Assembly: GCA_031413355.1 (NCBI GenBank)
Contig: JANOFA010000559.1
Span: forward strand, 1-27,603
Length of the DNA: 27,603 nucleotides
Source: Gemmatimonadota bacterium
GTDB lineage: Bacteria > Gemmatimonadota > Gemmatimonadetes > Gemmatimonadales > GWC2-71-9
Direction: 5' to 3'
How positions within the stretch are numbered: position 1 is the stretch's first letter; each line of letters starts with the position of its first letter. Under the pieces are notes generated by a model, which saw only the letters and a program-made list of their open reading frames with translations, made no database searches and had not been told where the DNA came from. Both the position numbers and the translations under genes were made by a program. Shown here in pieces: positions 1-7,192 of the stretch.

Positions 1-8
1 GACGCGGC

Positions 9-38
9 TTGCGAAGCCACTTTGAACCGGACTACATT
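9..38 (+). promoter_or_regulatory. Putative sigma70-type promoter, possibly for a leaderless ubiE mRNA
   Basis: TTGCGA (9-14), 18-nt spacer, TACATT (33-38, TAnnnT). The ATG at 47 lies 8 nt after the -10 box with no Shine-Dalgarno. Confidence 0.45.
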
Positions 39-46
39 CATCGCCT

Positions 47-775
47 ATGTTGGTCACGGAAAGGAAGTTACCGCTTTCGGGCGGCGCAGAGAAGCGGTCC
101 TATGTCCGGGCCATGTTCACCCAGATCGCCCCCCGGTACGACCTCCTCAATCACGTCCTCAGTCTCAACCTGGATCGGCGCTGGCGACGGCAGGCCGTCG
201 CGGAACTCGACTGGGAGCGTGCCCCCGCTGGTCGCTACCTCGATCTCTGCTCCGGCACCCTGGATCTCGCGGCCACATTGGGCGCGCAGCCCGGCTTCAC
301 CGGGCAGGTGGTTGGCGCCGACTTTGTCCTTCCGATGCTCGGCCTGGGTCGGAACAAGTCCGACCGGGTCCGCCCGGTGAACGCCGACGCCCTCGACCTG
401 CCGTTCCCCGACGCCACGTTCGACGGAGCGACGGTCGGCTTCGGGGTGCGGAACCTGGCCGACCTCGATCGGGGCCTGGCCGAGGCCGCCCGGGTCATCA
501 AGCCGGGGGGACGATTCGTGATTCTCGAATTCACCACCCCATCCTGGCAGCCGATGCGCGGGGCCTACCTGCTCTACTTTCGCCAGGTCCTCCCGTTCAT
601 AGGACGACTGGTTTCCCGGCACTCCGACGCGTATACCTATCTCCCGGAGTCGGTGCTGACCTTTCCGGAACCCGCCCAACTCGCCGCACGGATGTCCGTC
701 GGTGGCTTTTCCGGTGTGCGCTGGGAACTGCTGCTGGGCGGCATCTGCGCGATCCATGTGGGGACCCGGCGATGA
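47..775 (+). CDS. ubiE: Demethylmenaquinone methyltransferase (UbiE/MenG family)
   Basis: Motifs MFTQIAPRYDLLNHVLSLNLDRRWR, SAM-binding LDLCSGTLD, DALDLPFPDATFD, VGFGVRNL and YTYLPESV. Confidence 0.95.
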   Translation: MLVTERKLPLSGGAEKRSYVRAMFTQIAPRYDLLNHVLSLNLDRRWRRQAVAELDWERAPAGRYLDLCSGTLDLAATLGAQPGFTGQVVGADFVLPMLGLGRNKSDRVRPVNADALDLPFPDATFDGATVGFGVRNLADLDRGLAEAARVIKPGGRFVILEFTTPSWQPMRGAYLLYFRQVLPFIGRLVSRHSDAYTYLPESVLTFPEPAQLAARMSVGGFSGVRWELLLGGICAIHVGTRR

Positions 776-789
776 GAGCTGCCAGGCAT

Positions 790-934
790 GGGAACGGGGA
801 ACGGGGAACCGGGAACCGGACAGGCACTGTGGCGTACACACCCACGCAGGGCTGGAGCAGCGGCGGGCATTCCGCGACCCCCGGATGCTCCCCGGTTCCC
901 GGTTCCCCGTTCCCGATTGTCCTCCCGTTCCCCG
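790..934. repeat. Inverted GGGAAC(C/G) heptamer arrays around a 72-nt spacer
   Basis: 797-819 GGGAACGGGGAACCGGGAACCGG is the exact reverse complement of 892-914 (23-bp perfect inverted repeat). Extra units at 790-796 and 924-934. Confidence 0.9.
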
Positions 935-941
935 AGTTTCC

Positions 942-2459
942 GTGAGCCTCGACAGCCTGCAGGAGTTCATCGCCGCGATCGAGAAGGCGGGCGAACTGGT
1001 CCGGATCAGGGAACCGGTGCGGACGCATCTCGAGATCGCGGAGATCGCCGACCGCTGCATGAAGAGTCCGGGCGGCGGGCCGGCGCTGCTGTTCGAGCAG
1101 CCGGTGCTGCCCAGCGGCGTCGTCAGCGAGTACCCTGTCGCCATCAACCTCTATGGCTCGATGCGGCGCATGTGCCTGGCGCTGGGTGTCGAGGATCTCG
1201 ACTCCATTGGCGGGCGGATCAGCGAGCTGCTGAATCTGAAGGTGCCCGACGGGCTCTTCGGCAAACTCTCGATGCTGCCCAAGCTCGCCGAGGTGGCCAA
1301 GTTCCCGCCGCGGATGAAGAGCGGCCGGCCGGCCTGTCAGGAGATCGTGTGGCAGGGCGAGGACATCAACCTCGATCGGCTGCCGTTCCTCACCACCTGG
1401 CCTCAGGACGGCGGGCGCTACATCACGCTGCCGATGGTCATCACGGAGGATCCCTCCCGCGGCATCCGCAACGTCGGCATGTACCGCATCCAGGTCCTGT
1501 CGAAGAACACGCTGGCCATGCACTGGCAGCGGCACAAGGTTGGTGCCGCGCACTGGCGCGAGGTGGCGGCAAAGGGTGAACGGATGCCGGTCGTCATCGC
1601 GGTCGGAGCCGATCCCGCGAGTCTCTATTCCGGGTCGGCCCCGCTGCCGCCGACGATCGATGAGTTCATCTTCGCGGGGTTCCTGCGAAAGTCTCCGGTT
1701 GAGCTGGCCAAGGCGGTGACCTGCGCCCTCGATGTGCCGGCCGAGGCCGAGTTCGTGATCGAGGGGTATATCGATCCGGCGGAGCCGCTGGTGCTCGAGG
1801 GGCCGTTCGGCGATCACACCGGGTTCTATTCGCTGGCCGACTACTACCCGCTGGTCCACGTCACCGCGGTCACCATGCGGAAGCGGCCGGTCTACGCCGC
1901 GACGCTGGTCGGGCGCCCGCCGATGGAGGACTACTACCTCGGGCACGCGACGGAGCGGATTTTTCTCCCGCTGCTCAAGCTCACCGTGCCGGAGATCGTG
2001 GACTATCACATGCCGTCGTACGGCATCTTCCACAACCTGATCTTCGTCTCGATCGACAAGCAGTACCCCGGCCAGGCCTCCAAGGTGATGAATGCGCTGT
2101 GGGGCCAGGGGTTGATGTCGCTGGCCAAGGTGATCGTGGTGGTCGACATGGAGGTCAACGTCCGCGATCCGGACGAGGCCTGGTGGATCGCGTTGAACAA
2201 CATCGACCCGCAGCGGGATGTGCGCTTCACGATGGGGCCGGCCGATGTGCTGGATCATGCCAGCCAGCAGTTCACCTATGGCAGCAAGATGGGGATCGAC
2301 GGCACGCGGAAGTGGAAGGAAGAGGGCTTCCTGCGCGAGTGGCCGCCGCTCATCACCATGGACGAGGCGACGAAGCAGCGCGTGGATGCGTTGTGGCCGA
2401 CGCTGGGCATCCGACTGGGGAACCGGGAACCGGGAACAGCAAAGGGGATGGGCCGGTGA
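942..2459 (+). CDS. ubiD: UbiD-family prFMN-dependent decarboxylase (menaquinone pathway, MqnL-like)
   Basis: GTG at 942 gives MSLDSLQEFIAAIEKAGELVRI. Motifs RNVGMYR, EGPFGDHTGFY, GRPPMED, VLDHAS, GSKMGIDGT. The longer ORF from 702 reads through repeat DNA and is unlikely. Confidence 0.93.
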   Translation: MSLDSLQEFIAAIEKAGELVRIREPVRTHLEIAEIADRCMKSPGGGPALLFEQPVLPSGVVSEYPVAINLYGSMRRMCLALGVEDLDSIGGRISELLNLKVPDGLFGKLSMLPKLAEVAKFPPRMKSGRPACQEIVWQGEDINLDRLPFLTTWPQDGGRYITLPMVITEDPSRGIRNVGMYRIQVLSKNTLAMHWQRHKVGAAHWREVAAKGERMPVVIAVGADPASLYSGSAPLPPTIDEFIFAGFLRKSPVELAKAVTCALDVPAEAEFVIEGYIDPAEPLVLEGPFGDHTGFYSLADYYPLVHVTAVTMRKRPVYAATLVGRPPMEDYYLGHATERIFLPLLKLTVPEIVDYHMPSYGIFHNLIFVSIDKQYPGQASKVMNALWGQGLMSLAKVIVVVDMEVNVRDPDEAWWIALNNIDPQRDVRFTMGPADVLDHASQQFTYGSKMGIDGTRKWKEEGFLREWPPLITMDEATKQRVDALWPTLGIRLGNREPGTAKGMGR

Positions 2460-2488
2460 GCGGGTCCGTTCCACGTTCCCCGCTCCCG
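2417..2488. repeat. GGGAACC heptamer array and degenerate inverted copy across the ubiD/ubiA junction
   Basis: GGGGAACCGGGAACCGGGAAC at 2417-2437 (inside ubiD) and GTTCCAC GTTCCCC GCTCCCG at 2468-2488 (inside ubiA). Confidence 0.8.
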
Positions 2489-3385
2489 GTCGTCGTGCCC
2501 GAGGGCCAGACCTTCGGTGGCACATCGCTGCTGGTCCGCTACGTCAATTTCGTCAAGCTGCCGCACACCCTCTTCGCGCTGCCCTTCGCGCTGCTGGGTG
2601 TGTTGGCCGCGTGGCGTGACAATCCGGTCACCTGGCGCATGGTGCTGCTCGTCGTGCTCGCCTTTTCCGCGGCGCGGTGGGTGGCGATGGGCTTCAACCG
2701 GATCGCCGATCGCGAATTTGACGCGCGGAATCCGCGCACCAGTGCCCGTGAGCTGCCCCGCGGCGCACTGACCCTGACGCAGGCGTGGGCGTCGGTCCTC
2801 GTCGCCGGCAGTCTCTTTCTTTTCGCGGCCAGTCAGCTCAACACCGTGTGCCTCCTGCTGGCGCCGGTCGCCCTGCTCTGGGTGATGGGCTACAGCTTCG
2901 CCAAGCGGTTCACCTTCTGGCCTCACCTCTGGCTGGGCGTCGCGCTCGCCATGGCGCCGGTGGGCGGCTACCTGGCCGTGACCGGGCGCTGGAGCGAGCC
3001 GTGGTGGGTCCTCATCACCGTGACGATCGCGGTGGCAACCTGGGTGGCGGGTTTCGACATCTTCTACGCCCTGCCGGATGAAGGCTTCGATCGCGATGCC
3101 GGGCTGCGCAGCGCGGTTGTCCGACTCGGTCAGCGCCGCAGCATCCTGCTGGCCAAGCTGTTGCACGGCGTGACGATCCCGGCGCTGGTGGCGTTCGGCG
3201 TCAGCGCTGGCTTCGGCCTCTGGTTCTTCGTGGGGGTGGGCTGCGCGGCGCTGATTCTCGCATGGGAGCATCAACTGGTGAAGCCGGGCGATCTGTCGAA
3301 GCTCGATGCCGCCTTTTTTACCATGAACGGCGTGATGAGTCTGACGGTGTTCGGGTTTGCTTTGGTGGATAGACTGGTGTCGTAG
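2456..3385 (+). CDS. ubiA: UbiA-like polyprenyltransferase (MqnP-like)
   Basis: GTGA overlap with the ubiD stop. Motifs VKLPHTLFALPF, AMGFNRIADREFDARNPRT.RELP, YSFAKRFT, GFDIFYA; multiple hydrophobic helices. Confidence 0.9.
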   Translation: MSGSVPRSPLPVVVPEGQTFGGTSLLVRYVNFVKLPHTLFALPFALLGVLAAWRDNPVTWRMVLLVVLAFSAARWVAMGFNRIADREFDARNPRTSARELPRGALTLTQAWASVLVAGSLFLFAASQLNTVCLLLAPVALLWVMGYSFAKRFTFWPHLWLGVALAMAPVGGYLAVTGRWSEPWWVLITVTIAVATWVAGFDIFYALPDEGFDRDAGLRSAVVRLGQRRSILLAKLLHGVTIPALVAFGVSAGFGLWFFVGVGCAALILAWEHQLVKPGDLSKLDAAFFTMNGVMSLTVFGFALVDRLVS

Positions 3386-3560
3386 GCGGTTGGGCGATTA
3401 GACGATTAGACGATTGGACGATTGGGCGATTGGGCGATTGGGCGATTGGGCGATTGGGCGATTAGGCGATTAGGCGATTAGGCGGTTGGGCGGTTGGGCG
3501 GTTGGGCGGTTGGGCGGTTGGGCGATTGGGCGATTGGGCGATTGGGCGGTTGGGCGGTTG
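3386..3560. repeat. Tandem 8-mer array, about 22 units of (G/A)CG(A/G)TT(G/A)G
   Basis: Starts immediately after the ubiA stop. Variant units GCGATTGG, GCGATTAG, GCGGTTGG, ACGATTAG and ACGATTGG occur in blocks. Confidence 0.97.
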
Positions 3561-3574
3561 CCGTTTGCTGCGTA

Positions 3575-3613
3575 CTGACCGCTGACGGCTGATGGCTGAT
3601 GGCTGATGGCTGA
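3575..3613. repeat. Tandem GCTGA(T/C)G heptamer array
   Basis: CTGACC GCTGACG GCTGATG GCTGATG GCTGATG GCTGA. Confidence 0.9.
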
Positions 3614-3634
3614 AACCTGACGAAAGGTCCATCC

Positions 3635-3784
3635 ATGTCGAAACGTCCGAAGGAAACGCTGATCCCCGTGCGCGGCAGGGGCAAGCCGGCGCCGGAGAAG
3701 GGCGCGCTGCAGCAGAAGGTCCCGCCACCGCAGCCGGAGCGGCGATCGCTCAAGACTCCGACCGCCAACCGTCGCGGCCGGTGA
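3635..3784 (+). CDS. Small basic proline-rich protein, 49 aa, below the ORF-track cutoff
   Basis: AAAGG at 3623-3627 precedes ATG 3635. Translates to MSKRPKETLIPVRGRGKPAPEKGALQQKVPPPQPERRSLKTPTANRRGR. Its TGA overlaps the ubiX GTG start (GTGA, 3781-3784), and third positions are mostly G/C. Confidence 0.6.
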   Translation: MSKRPKETLIPVRGRGKPAPEKGALQQKVPPPQPERRSLKTPTANRRGR

Positions 3785-4365
3785 GCTCGCTGCCGGTCGT
3801 GGTGGCAATCACTGGTGCGTCCGGGGCGCCGTACGCGGTGCGTCTGCTCGACGTGCTAGCGCGTCACCGTGTCCCGGTGTGGCTGATCGTTTCCAGTCAC
3901 GGCTGGCGGCTGCTCAAGGAGGAGACCGGCGTTGCGGATGAAGCGGCACTGCGCGCCGCCACCGGCGGGGACTGGTCCAGTATCACCTTCTTCCCTGATG
4001 GCGACCGCGGCGCCAAGCCCGCCTCGGGGTCGGCGAAGTCGGCCGGCATGGTGATCTGTCCCTGCTCCATGGGCACCGTCGCCGCCATCGCCGGCGGCAC
4101 CAGCCGCTCGCTGGTCGAGCGGGCCGCGGATGTCGTGCTCAAGGAGCGACGCAAGCTCATTCTGGTGCCCCGCGAGACGCCACTCTCGCTCATTCATCTG
4201 CGCAATCTTGTCGCGGTCACCGAGGCGGGTGCCGTCGTCATTCCCGCCGCGCCCGGCTTCTATCACCGGCCCACCCAGGTCAGCGAGCTGGTCGACTTCA
4301 TCGTCCAGCGGGTGATCGACCAGCTGGGTCTGGAGATAGACATTGCTCCTCGTTGGCAGGGGTAG
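3781..4365 (+). CDS. ubiX: Flavin prenyltransferase (UbiX family)
   Basis: Motifs VAITGASGAPY, ASGS, ICPCSMGTVAAIA, RAADVVLKERRKLILVPRETP, PAAPGFYHRP. Confidence 0.96.
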   Translation: MSSLPVVVAITGASGAPYAVRLLDVLARHRVPVWLIVSSHGWRLLKEETGVADEAALRAATGGDWSSITFFPDGDRGAKPASGSAKSAGMVICPCSMGTVAAIAGGTSRSLVERAADVVLKERRKLILVPRETPLSLIHLRNLVAVTEAGAVVIPAAPGFYHRPTQVSELVDFIVQRVIDQLGLEIDIAPRWQG

Positions 4366-4384
4366 GTGGATCGGTATTCGACCT

Positions 4385-4448
4385 TCAGCGGCCAGCAATC
4401 AGCAATCAGCGTTAAGCGTGCTGCTGATCGCTGATCGCTGACCGCTGG
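4385..4448. repeat. Inverted TCAGCAA / GCTGATC heptamer arrays (hairpin-forming)
   Basis: TCAGCGG CCAGCAA TCAGCAA TCAGCGT (4385-4412) faces GCTGATC GCTGATC GCTGACC GCTGG (4423-4448). Confidence 0.8.
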
Positions 4449-4474
4449 ACGCCTCTCGCGAAACCATCGCAATC

Positions 4475-4966
4475 ATGCGCCTGGGCATCATCGCCGACAC
4501 TCACGGCCTCCTGCGCTCCGAGGTGTTCGAAGTCTTCCGCGAGGTCGACCTGATTCTGCATGCCGGCGACATCGGGCCGGCGGGGCTGCTCATCGAACTC
4601 GAGGCGATCGCCCCGGTCACCGCGGTCTATGGCAACTGCGACGGCTGGGACCTGCGCGGCCGCTTGCCCGGTGTGGTGGAGCAGCGGATCCAGGGTCTCG
4701 ACTTCGTGCTGCTCCATGGCGACCAGCTCGGTGCGCCAACGCCTGACACGCTGCACGATGCCTTCCCCGCCGCCGACGTGATCATCTATGGCCATACCCA
4801 CCGGCCGCTGCTCACGACCGTGGACTTGACGGTGACGGTGATGAATCCCGGGGGCGCGGGCCGACGTCGCTTCGACCTGCCACCGTCCGTCGGGATCATG
4901 GAGCTTGAGTCCGGCCTGCCGCCCCGTGCGTGGCTTGTGCCGCTCACCGCCGCGGATGGCGACTGA
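4475..4966 (+). CDS. Metallophosphoesterase, YfcE/MJ0936 family
   Basis: Motifs IIADTHG, HAGDIG, VYGNCD, LLHGD, YGHTHRP, NPGG. Confidence 0.92.
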   Translation: MRLGIIADTHGLLRSEVFEVFREVDLILHAGDIGPAGLLIELEAIAPVTAVYGNCDGWDLRGRLPGVVEQRIQGLDFVLLHGDQLGAPTPDTLHDAFPAADVIIYGHTHRPLLTTVDLTVTVMNPGGAGRRRFDLPPSVGIMELESGLPPRAWLVPLTAADGD

Positions 4967-4972
4967 CCTCCG

Positions 4973-5614
4973 ATGCTGCTCGCCCCACTGCTGCTCCTCC
5001 TCGCCACCGATACCATCCCGCTCCGTCCCGCGGATCACCCGCTCGTCTTTGACGGGCACGCCGACAGCGCCGAGTATGGGGCCGCTGCCGCGATCATCGA
5101 ACGGCCGACGGGAGATATTCCGGTGTGGCTCCGGCGCGACGGCGACTACATCTATCTCGCCGCCGCGATCAGCGACAGCACTCGGTACTGGGGCGACGAC
5201 TTCGTGGTCAGCATCGATATCCGCGGCGACGGCACTCCCGCCCCGGGGCATGATGACTTTCAATGGTACTTCCGGCGAGTCGCGGACAGCAGCGTGATTT
5301 ATCGGGGTGATGCCGGAAAGTGGCGCGCTCCGCAGGACGACCCCGACTGGCGGCTCGGTCAGGCGCGTGAAGGCGGCGGCTGGGAGGTGCGGGTGACGGG
5401 CGACAGCGCCGGGTGGTCGATCGAGTTGCGGCTGGATCCTGCCTTCTTTGCCGAGGCCGGCACGCGCGGGCCGAGGCTGGCGTTCCGGGTTTTCGACAAC
5501 GAACCGATGGGCTGGTTCCCCTGGCCCAGGCCGGCGGGGATCCGCCAGCCCACGGATGTGGAGCGGCGGCCCGAGTTATGGGCGGTGGTCGCCCGTTCGG
5601 CGCTGGCGCCGTGA
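4973..5614 (+). CDS. Secreted hypothetical protein, probable DOMON/CBM9-like beta-sandwich
   Basis: Signal-like N-terminus MLLAPLLLLLA. Segments VFDGHADSAEY, YIYLAAAISD, DDFVVSID and WSIELRLD resemble DOMON-like sugar-binding domains. Confidence 0.6.
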   Translation: MLLAPLLLLLATDTIPLRPADHPLVFDGHADSAEYGAAAAIIERPTGDIPVWLRRDGDYIYLAAAISDSTRYWGDDFVVSIDIRGDGTPAPGHDDFQWYFRRVADSSVIYRGDAGKWRAPQDDPDWRLGQAREGGGWEVRVTGDSAGWSIELRLDPAFFAEAGTRGPRLAFRVFDNEPMGWFPWPRPAGIRQPTDVERRPELWAVVARSALAP

Positions 5615-5772
5615 GATATCCGCCCGGAGGGTCGCAGGGAGGGGCGAGGTCGCAGGAGCCCCGGAGGGCGCGTGCGTAGCTGGTCAGCATGCCGTCATTG
5701 TGAGGAACGCAAAGCCGAGCGCCCAGAGGGGCCCGGCGAACGAGCCCCCCCCGACACTGCCGGAGGGCTCCG

Positions 5773-6867
5773 TTAGGTCACCCAGGTCTCAAGCCGGCTG
5801 GTGCGGCGGAAGGCATCGGGATGCCGCCGGAACCAGCTCATGATGAGCAGGATCTCATCGAGATGCTGGAAGGGAAGGGGCCCCGGGGCGGGAGCCGGCA
5901 GCGCCAGCTCGTCGGCCACTACACCCCGGAACGCCTCCCGCTCGATCGGCGTTGCGGGCCACGGATAGCTGCAGCGCACCACTCCGTGGCGGATCAGGTA
6001 CGCACGATCGTCGCCGAAATCGCCGGGGTCCCGATACACGAACGTCAGTGCCTCCACCGCGGCTCGGGCCCGGCTCGTCGCCGCCAGCAGCCATTCCAGC
6101 GTCTCGAACCGCTCCCGCCATTTGGTTGCCCGCTCGAACTCCGCCGCGCCGGCCGCCGCTTGCATCTCCGTCACGGTCCGGTCGATCGGCTGGATGGTGC
6201 GCCCTTCCAGGAATGCTTGCGCTGTTCCCACCCGCCGCAGGTAGTCCAGCTCCGTCACGAGTGCCGCACAGGGGCCGGCGCAGAAGCCGAAGCCGTGGCG
6301 CATGCAGGCGGCATCGCGTGCGGGAGAGAAAAGGTCCATCTGCCCCGCGAAAACGATCGGCATGGTCGGCGCACAATCGCGCAAGCCCAGCAGGTCATTG
6401 AGCGTCTTGACGCCTTCGCGCACCCGGGCCGGTGCGGCGAATGGCCCGTACCACCGCTGGTCGCTCCGGCTGGTGGCGACACTCGCCGCGATGCGCGGCG
6501 CCGGTCCGTTCGACACCGTGATGAAGAAGGTGCGCCGAGCCCGGTTCATCTGGTGATTGAAGGTGGGGCGCCAGCGCGCGATCTGACGCAGCTCCGTCAG
6601 GCAGGCGGCGAACTCGCTCGGCGTGTAGTCCCAGGTGATGTCGGCGGCGGCATGGAGGATCCTGGCCGCCTTGTCCTCGGGGTAGCTGGCCCGGAAATAG
6701 GAGAGCACCCGCTGCCTGAGCCGGCGCGCCTTGCCGACATAGATGACCCGGCCCATCGTGTCCAGCATCCGGTAGACCCCCGGCCGCGGCTCGGCCAGAC
6801 GACGGACGCGCTCACGCAGCGTCGGCAGGTCCACAGTCGGCAGGGACAGCCGGAGGGCAGTGGTCAT
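5773..6867 (-). CDS. UvrC-like (Cho-type) GIY-YIG excinuclease
   Basis: PGVYRM..VIYVGKARRLRQRVLSYF, four-Cys region LRDC..CMRH..FCAGPC and UVR coil EMQAAAGAAEFERATKWRE. The UvrC RNase H and HhH domains are absent. Confidence 0.85.
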   Translation of the reverse strand: MTTALRLSLPTVDLPTLRERVRRLAEPRPGVYRMLDTMGRVIYVGKARRLRQRVLSYFRASYPEDKAARILHAAADITWDYTPSEFAACLTELRQIARWRPTFNHQMNRARRTFFITVSNGPAPRIAASVATSRSDQRWYGPFAAPARVREGVKTLNDLLGLRDCAPTMPIVFAGQMDLFSPARDAACMRHGFGFCAGPCAALVTELDYLRRVGTAQAFLEGRTIQPIDRTVTEMQAAAGAAEFERATKWRERFETLEWLLAATSRARAAVEALTFVYRDPGDFGDDRAYLIRHGVVRCSYPWPATPIEREAFRGVVADELALPAPAPGPLPFQHLDEILLIMSWFRRHPDAFRRTSRLETWVT

Positions 6868-6869
6868 GA

Positions 6870-6988
6870 AGGTGGCAGCGAGCAGGTGGCAGGTGGCAGC
6901 GGGCGGGTGGAAGATACCGGGGCCACTGGCAGCCGTCAGCTGTCAGCCAAAGGCCATTAGCCATTGGCTGTTGGCCGTTGGCGAATGG
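6870..6988. repeat. Mixed heptamer arrays (AGGTGGC; TCAGCC; AGCCATT / GGCCGTT)
   Basis: AGGTGGC three times at 6870-6897, then CAGCCGTCAGCTGTCAGCC and GGCCATTAGCCATTGGCTGTTGGCCGTTGGCG. Confidence 0.8.
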
Positions 6989-7052
6989 TGTCATCCTGAG
7001 CGCAGCGAAGGATCTCTCGGCTCCGGAGCCTTGCTTAGGGCTGAAGAGATCC
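6989..7052. repeat. Palindromic intergenic element with truncated right arm
   Basis: Left arm TGTCATCCTGAGCGCAGCGAAGGATCTCT (6989-7017). Only 8 nt of its reverse complement (AGAGATCC, 7045-7052) are present before unrelated sequence. Confidence 0.6.
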
Positions 7053-7192
7053 CCTGGAGGTGTTCACCTCAGCGGTGCTGGCGCAGGCTTCCGCCAGCTG
7101 CCAGACGGAAGCCGCGCGGCCGCCGTATTGCGTCGCAGGTTCGGATGGTCGATTTGCCCCGGGTTGTCGAGCTCGCCCTCCTCCCGGCTCGG

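Noticed and set aside
597-2525. Long antisense or alternate-frame ORFs (for example 597-2525, 11814-13229, 19065-20552, 21110-22840)
   Set aside because: Typical shadow ORFs of high-GC coding DNA. They overlap well-supported genes and show no recognisable motifs.
3386-3613. Possible CRISPR array
   Set aside because: Units are contiguous 7-8 nt tandem repeats with no unique spacers, and there are no cas genes in the window.
3462-3808. Three overlapping minus-strand ORFs (PNRPIAQ repeats)
   Set aside because: They are translations of the 8-mer array, antisense to the operon, with no coding signal.
5704-5716. GGAACGCAAAGCC resembling the c-di-GMP-I riboswitch core
   Set aside because: The upstream GCAAAC/GNRA stem is missing, and the site lies between two convergent 3' ends rather than in a 5' UTR.
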